Notes under the pieces: model-generated
Seen by the model: the letters and a program-made list of their open reading frames with translations, nothing else
What the model was told of the DNA's origin: nothing
Databases searched by the model: none
Shown here: positions 1 through 12,692 of the stretch, in pieces
How positions within the stretch are numbered: the stretch's first letter is position 1
Layout of the letters: every line of letters begins with the position of its first letter
Translations under genes and position numbers: made by a program
Assembly: GCA_030704615.1 (NCBI GenBank)
Contig: CM060731.1
Coordinates: 50,158,001 to 50,222,000 of the forward strand
Direction of reading: 5' to 3'
DNA length: 64,000 bases
DNA from: Takakia lepidozioides
Lineage: Eukaryota; Plantae; Bryophyta

Positions 1-1059
1 ACTGTTACAGTAATACTCAAATCTTTGATTCCGCAATCCACAAGCAGAAACTTCATCAGCTTCAAGGGCCACTCTGCCCTGCAGTTGGCGCACTCACCAG
101 TTGCACCTACACCTTGGTGTAGGCAATCTGTGATCTGGAGCAAAGACCTCACATCCACAATATTGCAGTCAGTGATCTCAAGGAGACGACTACTAACTAG
201 GTCTGCTGCTCCATTTCTGCAAACAACTGATATGATGTTCATCATGTCCTGAACAATAGTTTCAGAACATTGAGAGTCTCTAGTCTTGGAATCCAGGATC
301 ATATACCCAAATTGCTTCACCCACATAGAACCATTTGTAGGAAGCAGTTTATCTTGGGACTTGGTCAGTTTTGACAAAAAAGTGACACAAGTCATTAAGA
401 GAATTCGGCCATAGAAGTCAGCCGTCATATAACTGGAGCCCAATACAACAAGCCTCTCCAGAATATTCGCCTTCTCTTTGAACATGAGCCCATTCCAGTA
501 TTCAATGACAGCGTCCCCACAAGCAACTTGCATGGCTCTCTGAAAATTCTTTGCACCAGCTTTTGCGAGGCATTCAATTGCATTTAATAGAAATCCCACC
601 TCCTCAAGAGTGCTGCAACTCCACATACGAGCAGCTCCCATGAGCAGACACTTATTCAGCCCTGCAGTGTCTGCCATGCGCACCACATGCTGTACAGTGT
701 CTTTGCGGAGCCCAACCAATGCCCCAACAAAGGCAGCATCAAAAGGGACGGGCCGTGTTCGTAACACGATGGCATCCACAATGTGGCTGTGGCCGGACCA
801 TCCAGCACACGTCATGGCACCGACCAGATTTGTGGCACCAGCATCGATAAGAATCTGAAGAATGTGCTTGTGGCCTCTACTGGCGGCCTGGAGCAAGGCA
901 CTGTTAAGATCATCCTTAGAGACCCCATTCGCTTGTAAGAATGTCTGTATGTACCGGCGCCTGCTGTCTTGTGGTGCGTCTGCAACCGGTGGTGAATGAT
1001 CCATGAAACCAACAGAACAAGGGCCCCACCCTGCTGTTGCACTCTGCAGATCTTGCCAC
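1..1059 (-). CDS. Ankyrin-repeat-like protein exon, running off the window edge
   Basis: Manual minus-strand translation is open to position 1 and reads DLNSALLQAASRGHKHILQILIDAGATNLVGAMTCAGWSGHSHIVDAI...IECLAKAGAKNFQRAM. A candidate acceptor (cttgtgcag) lies near 1060. It is absent from the ORF track because there is no stop inside the window. Confidence 0.55.
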
Positions 1060-1494
1060 CTGCACAAGTGATACTTGATGTCAGGTCAGTCTGGCAATGG
1101 CCCTATCAGGCTGGCTAGAGAACAACATCCATTTGCACATTTAGTGGTGTTCTAGTGCCTACTTTCACTGATGTATTGAAAGTTCCTCCAACAGCTCAGT
1201 TGGAGAAGGGCGACAAACCCTGGTGTCCTTTGGAAAAACATCAAATCCTGAACTCCTGGAATCTTCCCAAAAGTGACGCTCAACACTATAAAGCTTTGAG
1301 CTGAACAGATGGTGAATGACCAGTGCCTCTCACAATTTCTGAACTCAATTTTGTTAAACCCCTCTAGATATATGCGCAATGTCACATCTCCCAATTCCTT
1401 AGCTCAATTTTGTTAAACCCAATAAGAGATATGCGTAATGCCACAGCTTTTACACACTCTTGGACAATACTTTTTGGTCTTTAAATCCTCCATC

Positions 1495-2221
1495 TCAGAT
1501 TGCAATGTGCATGGCTTCAATCTCAATACTGTTGTCCATACTACTAAATATTTGAAGACTTATAGAAGCTTCTTTTCCTTCTACTAAGTTCGTAGTATTA
1601 GACGACTCCCCTTTTGAACGTTCTATAGCTTCTTTCAACTCCTGACGAGAAGCACAACACTGAGCCCTTGCTTTAGCCCTCAAAAGTATAGGATCGGTTT
1701 TGATCATTACCTTTCCATGGCATCAGATTGAGACTATTCTTATTTAATCTTCAATATAACCCCGTTGCTATCTAACATTCTCTTTCAGGCAACTTCTTAA
1801 GTTGCTACTGATAGAACGTTACTTATAGTTTCAAGTCTTAGGATCTTCTTATTTTGCTCTGATACCAACTGTAATGAAACTACTCATACTATTCCATTAA
1901 TCCTAGAGAAACAACTTTCAGGTCTTAAAAACCTTTATAAAGAAGAAGACATATTACATAAGTTATCATGTCTTTGTCTATGTATATACTTGTTCTTCCT
2001 CTCTCTTTGATACTCCCTAGTCTAGAACTCATCTTCTAGATCCATTGTATCTCTCTGGCTCTTTCTCTTCTTCTTTGCTTATGGCTCTCGAGTTTCACTT
2101 TCAACCTCCGTGTCTCCTCGTGGCCAACGAGATCTCTTGAGTCTCTTTCCGCTTCGCTTCACATCTGAACCCCATAAGTCACACCCCTTATTAATGATAT
2201 CTACAGTTATGTGTCTTTACA
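1495..2221 (-). mobile_element. 5' relic of an LTR retroelement (LTR, tRNA-iMet primer-binding site, short gag-like leader)
   Basis: GCTCTGATACCA at 1856-1867 reads TGGTATCAGAGC on the minus strand and lies 2 nt from an LTR-like ...TACA end at 1870. The distal boundary is uncertain. Confidence 0.5.
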
Positions 2222-3319
2222 TATTTAATAAGGGATGAACACATTCATTCTCATAACAAAATATGGTGTAAAGGAGGATCACAAGACGTACATGTACCGC
2301 CAATGTTTTTGACCAAGACATATGTGGCAACCCTAGTCCAAAACTCTTGCACCAACTGTTCATACTCTACATGAAATATGACATAGAAGCTCACCTACAA
2401 CAAACCCAAAACCCATGACATGATCAATACACGAATAAATTGAATATGCAAAACATGAATATATAAAGTAAAAGACTAAATGAGGAAACGAGAAAGCTTA
2501 CAATCTAAACATCATTTTGAGAGAGACCATCTGCCATAGTAAATTCAAAACACTGTTTTATTTGACCTCGGACACAAATGACAACTACATCAATAGTGGT
2601 TGTGAACTTTTCATGAAAAACATTCAGAACAGCTCGAGAGAGTATATTCAGCCAGAAAATTCAAGACAAGTGGAGTTGCCCACCTAGTGGTCAATTATGA
2701 CGTGACGTGGCGCAAACACGTCAGCGTCATGTTGGACATCATGTCATGACGTCCATCACGTCACGTCTAAACCGACTTTATGTCGAGTAATTTTTTTTTA
2801 TTGTTTTCTTTTCACGTGACCAAATTCACCCCATTGTCGAGGTGACGGCCTAAGTGTACTACACACATGATTAAATTTTTTAGTTTATTTATTTAAAAAA
2901 ATGAGCTGCCGGATAATGGACAACCGCCAGACGACGGTGACCAATTTTTTTAATTAGTTTTTATTTATTTATTATTACAATCGGGATCCCCAAAGCATAA
3001 TTTGTTATAACAAATTGGGATCCCGATCATAATTTATTTTAAATTATTAATTATTATTATTAAATGAATATCGGGATTGCTACAATGTAGTCCTAAATTT
3101 GTTTTAATTTATTAATAATGGAACTGTAAGAGCAGAAGATTTTATTTATTATTATTATTATTATTATTTTTCAAATTAATATCGGGATCGCTAGAGCTGG
3201 CCGTCCTAATTTATAATTATCTTATTAATATCGGGGTCATCAGCTTTGGCGATCCTGATATTTATTAAAATGATAATAATAATAATAATAATAATAAAAA
3301 TGACCGCCAGCTCGAAATC

Positions 3320-4590
3320 GCTTTTCATCCTTGAGGCGGTACGTGATCAAAAACTGAGAATTTGGCATGTCTTTTTGGATTACCAGGTTCGAACAACCAT
3401 ATTAACCCTTAAACGCCCAGTGCCATAGTTTGACATTTTCAGAAAACATGACCCCTTAAGTGAAAAAAAGGTGTAACTTTCAGAAAATTAACTTTTTAAA
3501 GAATTTGACCGCACATTAGATGCGTACCTTCCTCCTGCATCCACCTACCAAATTTGAGGCCAATCAGCCCCAGATCCACAAAATGCCACCGTTGAATGTG
3601 GGCCCCATTATTGGGGCCCTTTTTAGAAACATATCCATTTTTGGTAATTTTTTAAAGATTTGAGTGACGGGATCAAATGGGATTGAGGCGAAATTAGCAG
3701 GGTTTCATCCCCTTGAGATCCCTCATCCAACAAGCCAAAAAGTATCCAATTTGGCCAATGCATGTGATGTTGCCACTTGGTCAAACGTGGAAAAATCCCA
3801 TGTTTCTCTCCCTATCTCACACACGTGTGAATAATGAAACAACGAGAATTACCTTTATCAAATCGTGACCCCCTCTGCTTGCGTGATGAGACCTCTTTGC
3901 AACTTGGCAGATCCGAGGCAATTGGGCAATGAATCTTGGTGTGCCAGGTGCCCAGGAACACTATATTTTTTTTTCACACAATTCCATGGAGAATGCAAAA
4001 AGTTATTCAGATTTTTCTGAACCGAAAAGCCTGAAACGGGCTACTGGGCGTTTAAGGGTTAACGTCCTTGATAGATCACATGTAGTTCAACACCTTATCC
4101 ATTCTGATGGAGGGGCAATTCCATTTTTAGTCAATGATAATGAGTATCCTCACTGCTACGTTCTTAGGGAGGGGATCAATCCCAACTGGTCTTGCTTTGT
4201 CCAAAGTATACAACAACCTCAAGATGAGAAACACAAGCACTATGCAAAAATGCAAGAAGGAGTGAGGAAAGATGTTGAAAGGTGCTTTGGAGTTTTGCGA
4301 TCCCAGTCGCCATTGTAAGCCATCATCGTGGACTATGGGACCAGAAAACTATTGGGATGGTGATGACAACTTGCATTATACTTCATAATATGATTATAGA
4401 GGATGAGAAGGGTGATGCCACATTGAACTATGATTATCTTTTTGAAGGAGCACGGCTGCCGGAGCTGAATCATCGACAATGCACTTTTGAGGAATGGCGA
4501 GCAAACACCAGCAATGAGAACATGCACTTCAGGCTAAGGAGAGACCTTGTAGAGCACCATTGGGCTCTAACAGGCAATCATCACTATAAG
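3320..4590 (+). pseudogene. PIF/Harbinger transposase relic, frameshifted and split by a MITE
   Basis: Recognisable motifs across frames: ILEAVRDQKLRIWHVF-GLPGSNNHI|NVLDRS, QEGVRKDVERCFGVL, TCIILHNMIIEDE, LRRDLVEHHW. Confidence 0.85.
3406..4058. mobile_element. Non-autonomous piggyBac-like MITE (653 bp, TTAA TSD)
   Basis: Perfect 16-bp terminal inverted repeat (TIR) CCCTTAAACGCCCAGT at 3406-3421 and 4043-4058, with TTAA on both sides (3402-3405, 4059-4062). Removing it restores the Harbinger reading NNHINVLDRS. Confidence 0.85.
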
Positions 4591-4611
4591 CTTAGCATAG
4601 TTTACAAACCC

Positions 4612-4963
4612 TTTTATGCAAGGTGGGTCAATCTGCTTGGTAGCTTGGCAGCTTGGTACATGTAGACATTCGAGATTCTCTACTTGCTATTTGGTTGATT
4701 TTATCTCGTTATTTTTCTTCTTGGATCAGCAAGAACAGGTCTGTGTGGTTCCAATGATATGTAGCATGCATGATTTGAACTCCTTTAGCCATTCCATTTA
4801 ATTTTTATGCAATGTGAGGTCAATCTGCTTGGAAACTTGGTATATGTAGACATTCAAAACTCTCTGCTTACTATTTGGTTGATTGTATCTCGTTGGGATC
4901 GGCAAGAGCAGGTCTGTTTGGTTCCAATGATTTATAGCATGCATGATTTGGACTCCTCTAGCC
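4612..4963 (+). repeat. ~180-bp tandem repeat, continuing at ~18800-19010 (target of MULE copy A)
   Basis: Units TTTTATGCAAGGTGGGTCAATCTGCTTGG...CCTTTAGCCATTCCATTTA. The second unit breaks at 4963 and resumes at 18800. Confidence 0.8.
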
Positions 4964-5620
4964 GAGGTTAGCTATTTCATGAGCATGAGCGGCATGAGCG
5001 GCATGAGCGGAGTAGCAAGACAATCGGTTTTCATGAGCAGAAGTACAATTCTGGAAATAAAAAAATATAATTTTAATGGAATATGTCAGAAAAACCAATA
5101 TAATATTCATTGTTTGAAGTAAAAATTGTACTTTTGAGAGCCGCGTTCATGATATTTCGTCTTCCGCTCATGCAAATTCCGAGCAACATTTGCAAAAATG
5201 GCGCCGAATTTCGCGGTAATAGGTTCCGCAACCGGAGAAATCTGCGACGTATTTCGCGGCTATAGGTCCCAACATGACAGGTGTGTAAGCCCAAAATTTG
5301 GAAATGTGACGCCGAATTTCGGTATATGGTGTCGGGGATTGCACAGATGTTGGGCGGTTCTGGGCTATGTAACAGGAAATTCTGCGCCATTTTTCAGGAC
5401 ATGGTTCCCGTGCATGTTAGCCAGTTTTCGGCCCAAAATAGGGAAATTCGGCGCCATTTTTCCAGAAATGACCCCACAATTGCTACTGTTGGAACTCAGT
5501 TTTCTGGAATATTGCCTGTCTCATTCCAGGAGTTTTGGGCATTTCATTACACTGCAAAACAAAGTCTAATGCATCAAAATGCAATTGAAAATATCCATAT
5601 GGTGGATTCCCTTTGCCCCA

Positions 5621-8600
5621 TCAATGATTTCTGGAATCCCGGCGGAGGAGTTTGTGCACCTCGTTCACGCTCAACGCTGGTGCATGAATAAAGTCATCAA
5701 TAGTCAAGTTCATCCTCAACCTCTTCAGGTAAATGTAATACATATGCTTGCACGGATAATACTTTGAACCCTTCTTTGCTTCCATCAACGAGAAGTCCGT
5801 ACAATTGCAAGTCGGCTCCACTTCAATCGTAATTGTGTATACGTCGTCGCGTACAGCTAAGCCGACCATTGCCATACGATAAACACGCCTAAGGCCGGGT
5901 GGGGGTACGTCCACGGAGCTCTGAATAGTGCAAGCCATCCCAAGAGCATTGGCAATCCGAGTCTCATTCAACTTGTTGGGAGGGTGTCGTCTCTTCACTC
6001 TTCCGAATCGCATTGTGGGATGTGCAGAATTGTCCAATCCGTCTCTACTGGACCGAGCAGTCTGCAATGGTTGGGTCTGAGGAACTGGAAATGCGTGGGC
6101 CGGGACGTCTGTGCATTGCACCATTCAAAATCCTGATGCAGAAAGAGCATCCGCCTCATTTTGAGAGAGGTTGCAACCCGGTGCAACAGGCCAGACGCCC
6201 GGAGGTTCCGGCATTCCCTGAATGCCGTACTTGGGCTTGCCAAATACATACGTCATTATGTCGTGCCTACAGAACCAAAACGTCTGCGTTGTGGCGTGAG
6301 CAAATGTGGGAGTCAAAAATGTGCCGGTGAAACAAGGTGCAGGTACAGCACCGTGTGGGTTCCTCCGAATCATCTCACCATAACGTGTTCTCGTATCCAC
6401 CCGGATGGCGCAACACTTCCCTTGAAATGCCGGCAATGTCCTTGCAATTCTCCACTGTGACTCCGACACTCTTGTCTCCACAATGGGTATGTTGTACTGC
6501 GTTACTACAGATGGCTCGTTATGTTCCTCGGGCACGTGCCCTGTGCTCAAAGGAGATGACGATCTTGAACGTGCAGGACTTGCGGTGCTCGACGACACCT
6601 CCTCGGGCAACATCACGGGACCACGAGGGAGCGTGCGAATATTCTTGTCAGCTCGCCATGAATCCTCTTCTCCGCCAGGTGCCTCGTCAAGTCTGTCTCA
6701 CTGGACGGGTGTGAACATCTCCTTCCAAATGTTGGCCTCTTTGAAGCAATGGCGTGTCCCGAAGGCCCTCTCGCAAGGCTTCCGCCCACTTCCGAGGATT
6801 CTTCGATCTGGAGGCAGTCCGCATCAGCATTTCCTGCCTGTCCAGCCCCAAGCCCCACTGTTTCCCTTTCAAGAACTCATTGTACCTGCATTGTTGCATA
6901 ATTGACCTCACAATGTCCTCCGTTGTGGCAGTGAGGATGTCCACCAGATGCGCCGCAGAGGAGGCATGCCAGGAAGAATGTACTGATTCGGCCATGTTTG
7001 TTGTCGGCATGTCGGTGTCGGAGTCGAGACACATTTCCTGCACATGCACATATTGAGGTTACAAGCAAGTTACAAATAATGAGTAGAGCATAATATTCAA
7101 CGGAACGCAGATTCGTCCAACTCACCTCCCGCATATAGTCGCCGAACTGGAGGAAACGATAATGCCACCATGCTAGCCAACTGACCATTGCTCCCTCGTC
7201 TGATTTCTTTACAGCACCTGACGTTGTCCACCAAGCCTATATACATGCAAACTGTGTCTCTGCATCATCCAAGGTGGGAGCACGCTTCCACACAAGACAC
7301 ATGGAACGGTGCTCCTCTTTGAAATCTGGCGCCACGAGCCTGGTTGTGTACTGCGACAAGCTCTGCAAAAAATGGAACCCACAAGATCTCTCCTTACCTT
7401 TCATGGGAACATTGGGGTCTTCCCCGTACACCCTTCGGATGGCAGCCCAATTTGCTTGTGCGTTGTCCGCCATGAAACCTCGGAAATTGGGAGGGGGCAA
7501 TCCTGCCCTGGCCATCTGTTCGTTTATTCCCTGCCAAAGAAGCATCTCCGATTGTGTGTCCTCTCCTTTCATCTCACAAATAACAATTGTCATTAGCATC
7601 CTGCAGTGGGTGTCGTAGACATGTGCACCCATTGTCACCCACTGGTGATTTGTAATTCGCTTGATATGGTCGAACATGACCCAACTGTTTGACAAGTCCC
7701 CACTCGTCATCCGGTGGCCAGTTCGACGCCGCTGCCAGGCCCACACGTGAACATTTTGAATACGAAACAACAATCTGCCTCAGTTCCTTGTCCTGGAAAC
7801 CTACTTCCATGAATGTAGTCATATCCACATCGTCGCTTCACCTCCAGAATGGAGTGCATATCCGAGCCACGCCCAATTCTCTATTTGCAGGAAACAATGT
7901 GGTTTCGGACATTCGGTGAACAGACGTGGGACACTGAATCCAGCAATGCCTCCATTTCCTTCTCATCGAGAGGAACTCTGTCGGAGCCGTCTTCCGACAT
8001 AATTCTGGCCAATGCCATCTTATGGGTGCCCTGCAGCTGTATCTGTTTGGGTTTGGCACCAGGTCTCAACTTAACCTCCTCCTGCATGAGCTACTCTGCC
8101 TCGTGGGCAGCCTCCCGCGAGTTCCCCCTCGCCAATTTGTGACAATGGGAACCAACGTGTATGCAAGCTTGTGAGGTCAGGGAAAACGGTGCAACACATA
8201 GAAACTGCTTGGCATTACAACAGACATGCAATGTGGTGGTTCTTTGCAATACGCACACTTAAATGTGGAGTTTGGAACCTTCTCCTGAGCTCGAAATGGT
8301 TTGTGAACTGTGCCTGTCCGATCCGTCTCGTTCCTGTGACCTCTGGATTTAAAGTGGAAGCAAGTTGGAGAGAAACACCGCAACGCGCCCGCACAAACAA
8401 CGTAGCGCACCCGCACCATCGAGCATCTTCATGCTGGTGGTTTTGGTGACACACCAAGGATGACCGTCATGTTTCCTATCCATATCTGTCAACATTCCGG
8501 ACGCCCTGAAATAGTCCGTTCGAGGAGGGAACTCAAAGAAGATATTACCGTCGACGTCTGCGGGAAGGCATGTAACGGATTTAATTGCGAACTTGTTGTA

Positions 8601-9340
8601 GTCCAGCCCAGCCAGCTCCGAGCGGTGTCCCTCCATGTGAAGCCCTCGCAGAATTTCAAGAATGGATTGAATTGCCGAGCTCGTGCTGGGAATATGACTC
8701 CCTCGTCCGCTGATGTCCATTGAGGACTTGCCTGATCTCCAGGATGATCTTGGAACTTCCATGACCTCGTCTGAGTCGGACAGATTGTGAACAACCCGGT
8801 TCTCGCTCATCTTCATTGATGGGGTCGGCTCTGGATTTACTTCGTTGCGGACTTCTCTCTTTGAGGTACCCAGTCTCTGATTCGCGGATTGTTTCGTAGA
8901 AGGCGCTAGGATAGAAGGTGCATTTGGCGGGCAAATGAAGTCCCCAACAGCCCTGTATATGACGCTATCCGATGGTGGAACTCGTCATTCCCTGCCGTCG
9001 CCGAAATCATCGTGGAGCACAACAATACTTTCGACTACAACTCCGTTTGAATCCTTCCTTTCATCCTCCAAAAATACCGACCCCGGTTTCAGGTGGTATC
9101 GAACGCAGAGATATTTCTCCATCACCCGACAGATGTCCCCTCTGCACGGAAATGTAGCTCTATGCTCGTGAGGAGGGCAATACACTATAGCGCTCGGGTT
9201 TTCTGCCATGGGAGATGTGCACACAAGACTATCAGGATGGCGTTCGGGCAAGTGCCCTGGGAGAAGGGGGATGCAGCGAGGGGAAGGAATGCAGGGCCGA
9301 TTTTTCCGAGCGACGAAGCCTATTCATGAATCCGGGGAGC
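5621..9340 (-). pseudogene. MULE transposase, copy A (GCM/WRKY-like finger, DDE core, SWIM), disrupted
   Basis: HDGHPWCVTKTT...CAGALRCFSPTC; VMFDHIKR (D); FRGFMADNAQA (D); RSCGFHFLQS (CxxH); TTNMAESVHS (E); SWIM finger CNCTDF...PCKH. Intron at ~7039-7122. Several frameshifts and stops. The start is uncertain. Confidence 0.85.
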
Positions 9341-9788
9341 CCACTCTCCCAAAAATCCACTGTCAGAATGTTAAGAACCTTGTCTCCGGAATGCGGCCCC
9401 TGGCCTTTGCGCAATAACTGCCAACGGTATTTAGTCAAAAGGTATATGACCAGTGCAGATGCGCTGCGCAAACCAATAATTGTGGCGTCTGACAAGAAGC
9501 ATGGGGGGCGAGCGTGCAAGCACCTTCCCCATTGACAGAGGGAACTGACAGAGGTGGCATTCCAGTGGGTCTGATTGCAAGATTGAGTGCCAGACCCTCG
9601 CTGCCAAAAGTCAACATTCAACAATATGCAACATTGCACAAAAAGTGGAACTTTGGTTCAAAGGAGACATTTTTATTAATAATGAACTGTGACAAGTATG
9701 CATGCCCTCACAAACCGAGGGAAGCCAAAAGTATGCATGCAATCCATGCTCAGGTAAGTTGGAGATTTGTTCCTGTGTTGCACTGTTC

Positions 9789-10355
9789 TCACCAAGAAGC
9801 TGGAACCTCGATTGGCCTCTCAACAAGCTCATGACTGACAGGGTGTCGGTAGGTGAAGACAATGGATGCAGCCCGTTCGCCTTTGGTGTAGTGGACAATG
9901 GTGTCATGTCCTCCGATATATGCACCATCGTAAATCGAGACCTTTGCTGTGGAGACTCTATGTCCATAGGACTCATCCTCGTAGCTTATGAGAATGTCCC
10001 CATACACTGTTTGGGATGGAATCCTCTCTGGCATGTACGTACACCCGATGCAATCCTCGTAGGCCCACTGGCAGCACCTCCAATGATGTAGTAAGGCCGT
10101 GCGGCTTTTGGGGATGTCCCATGCAGGCGGATACTGCAGATCAACGATTCGCAGGCACCAAAGCCGTGCAAGCCCGTCCCCACGAAGCTGATCGTGGAAG
10201 CCAGGAAGGTACTCAAGAGCGGACAGGTGCACCCTCCTCTGCTGAGAGTGGTCTATCCAATCCTGCAGGTATATGAAAATATCCCCTAACTTGGGGGAGA
10301 AGTCCCACGGGGTGAGATGCTTGTTTGGGCAGTTGCTGGGATACCGGCACGACAT
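9789..10355 (-). CDS. Uncharacterised ORF or exon inside copy A (upstream transposase exon or third gene); absent from copy B
   Basis: 188-aa ORF with protein-like composition (DWIDHSQQRRVHLSALEYLPGF...). No family recognised. Confidence 0.3.
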   Translation of the reverse strand: MSCRYPSNCPNKHLTPWDFSPKLGDIFIYLQDWIDHSQQRRVHLSALEYLPGFHDQLRGDGLARLWCLRIVDLQYPPAWDIPKSRTALLHHWRCCQWAYEDCIGCTYMPERIPSQTVYGDILISYEDESYGHRVSTAKVSIYDGAYIGGHDTIVHYTKGERAASIVFTYRHPVSHELVERPIEVPASW

Positions 10356-10609
10356 CGTCGACTATTGAAAGGGCTGCCAGAAAGCAGACAGGGTGCGCAG
10401 GGAGGGGGGAGTGTGGGGAAGCTGAAGTGAGAGGAGCTCGGAGCAAGGAAGTGTTGTTGTTGACTCGGTTTGAAACGCGTGGGTCACGAGAGAAGGTCGG
10501 GCAAGTGGCAAAGAAAAAGAGCAACATTTAATATAACCGTACCCAGGAATGAGGGGCAGAATTTAATTCGACATGGCGTCAAATCGAAGGGTGACGGCCC
10601 CACGTGCCT

Positions 10610-12000
10610 GCCAGAGATCATCCCCCGGATGGAAAAACGGCGCTGAATTTCCATCCGGGGCCGGTCGGATAAAGTCGTCTCGGGGGGAGAGGCCGATAGT
10701 TGGCCGACAGAGAACATCCCCCGGATGGAAAAACCGCGCCGAATTTCCATCCGGGGCCGGTCGGATGAAGTCGTCTCGGGGGGAGAGGCCGACACCTGGC
10801 CGACAGAGAACATCCCCCGGATGGAAAAACGGCGCCGAATTTCCATCCGCGGCCGGTCGGATGAAGTCGTCTCGGGGGGAGAGGCCGACACCTGGCCGAC
10901 AGAGAACATCCCCCGGATGGAAAAACGGCGTCGGATTTCCATCCAGGGCCGGTCGGATGAAGTCGTCTCGGGGGGAGAGGCCGACACATGGCCGACCAAG
11001 ATCATCCCCCGGATGGAAAAACGGCGCCGAATTTCCATCCGAGGCCGGCCGGATGAAGTCAACTCGGGGGGAGAGGCCGACAGCTGGCCGACAGAGAACA
11101 TCCCCCGGATGGAAAAACAACGCCGAATTTCCATCCTGCAGGTAAGCGGAGGCGCGGGCGGATGGGAAACCAGCGCCGAATTTCCATCCTGCAGGAAAAT
11201 TCGGTCCACCTCATGGATGGATAACCAGCACTGAATTTGTCTATAGCGGACGACAATGGTGGGAATAACGTGCCAAAAAGTGGCCTGCAGGCAAAAAACT
11301 CCAAGTTTAGTGTCTGGTTAGACCTAAAAACGCGAAAAACTTGATGCAACGACTGAAAATTGTTGATGAAGGGTCGATACGGATGGATATTCGGCGCCTT
11401 TTTTCCATCCTGCAGATGATATCCGTCGACCTATCCCCCCGAGACGACCAGCCCCTGATGGAAATTTGGCGCCGTTTTTCCATCCGGGGGATGTTCTCTG
11501 TCGGCCTCTCCCCCCGAGACGACTTCATCCGACCGGCCTCGGATGGAAATTCGGCGCCGTTTTTCCGTCCGGAGGATGATCTCTGTCGGCCATGTGTCGG
11601 CCTCTCCCCCCGAGACGACTTCATCCGACCGGCCCCGGATGGAAATTCGGCGCCGTTTTTCCATCTGGGGGATGATCTCTGTCGGCCATGTGTCGGCCTC
11701 TCCCCCCGAGACGACTTCATCCGAGCTGCCCCGGATGGAAATTCGGCGCCGTTTTTCCATCCGGGGGATGTTTTCTGTCGGCTAGGTGTCGGCCTCTCCC
11801 CCCGAGACGACTTCATCCGGGCGGCCTCGGATGGATATTCGGCGCCGGTTATCCATCCTGCAGCGCTCCGGTTTACCTGCAGGATGGAAATTTGTCGCTG
11901 ATTTTCCATCCGACGGCTCCAGGATGAGAATGTCTCGGGCGGAGGGAGGGCCACGTTGCGTCCTACTTCATCCGCTGGATAGAATTCGGCGCTGTTTTCT
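10610..12000. repeat. Two opposed arrays of a 96-bp unit (foldback) between the divergent genes of copy A
   Basis: Period 96 at 10621, 10717, 10813 and onward. The reverse-complement array has period 96 at 11521, 11617, 11713, 11809. Each unit has GGATGGAAAAACGGCGCCGAATTTCCATCC. Confidence 0.92.
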
Positions 12001-12533
12001 CCATCCAGCGGGCAAATGATGAATTCTCCGGGGGGGGGGGGGGGGGGGGGTGGGCCCAGGTGGCGCCTGTGGCCGACCTCCATACCTATGACATTTAAGG
12101 GCGCGGTTGCACATTAAATGTCCTCCACCGTCAATTTTGAACCATTTGTTCCGCAGGATTTCGCGCTTCCTTCCCGGATACGCCTTCGACACCTGATGTG
12201 ACGGGTGGATGAAGTTCCACTCGAGGCCTGTACGCACGCATTCTGTGGGTGATTTTTTCTTTTACTGGGACTTATGCCGCGTGGAGAAGGGCGTGGCTCT
12301 CCTGAGAGAAACCCCACATCCAGACCGCGGCGCAAACTGAAGCTCCAGCAGGAGATCCCATTGTCTTGCTCACAGCCCGCGCCAACTGAAGCCGAGCACT
12401 CTCAGGCAAGCCCCTTCCTCTTTCGCTTTGTGTAACATGTGCGGTCTTCTTCGCTTTGTTTTGTTTGTTTTGGCATCTTCAGCCTGGCAGATTTCGATGA
12501 GACGGGAAAACACGGTGAAATGTTTTGAAGGCA

Positions 12534-12692
12534 CTTCATCTGCCTAGACAATCTTCTCAGCTCAGCATGGATTTCCTTAATTCTGGGATGTAACCTGTCA
12601 TCTACAGCGAAGGTGTGCACCCTGTTGCAAATCTCAATGCAGCAACGACCTGGCTCCTTTCTAACCCCTCAGACCTTCATCATTCTTCTCAC
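12534..12692 (-). pseudogene. Captured fragment of a PLS-class PPR gene (E/E+ region)
   Basis: VRRMMKV*GVRKEPGRCCIEICNRVHTFAVDDRLHPRIKEIHAELRRLSRQMK matches the PG-box/E+ pattern. It is absent at the equivalent place in copy B (~32520-32560). Confidence 0.8.

Noticed and set aside
2690-3310. AT-rich region with repeated ATCGGGAT motifs as a MITE
   Set aside because: No convincing TIR or TSD could be defined.
10484-12083. Long repetitive ORFs (MEIRRRFSIRG..., WKNGAEFP...) on both strands, also at 15800-16400, 29000-29500 and 33200-34700
   Set aside because: They are by-products of GC-rich tandem units whose length is a multiple of three or nearly so. They are open in many frames and lie in intergenic or intronic DNA.
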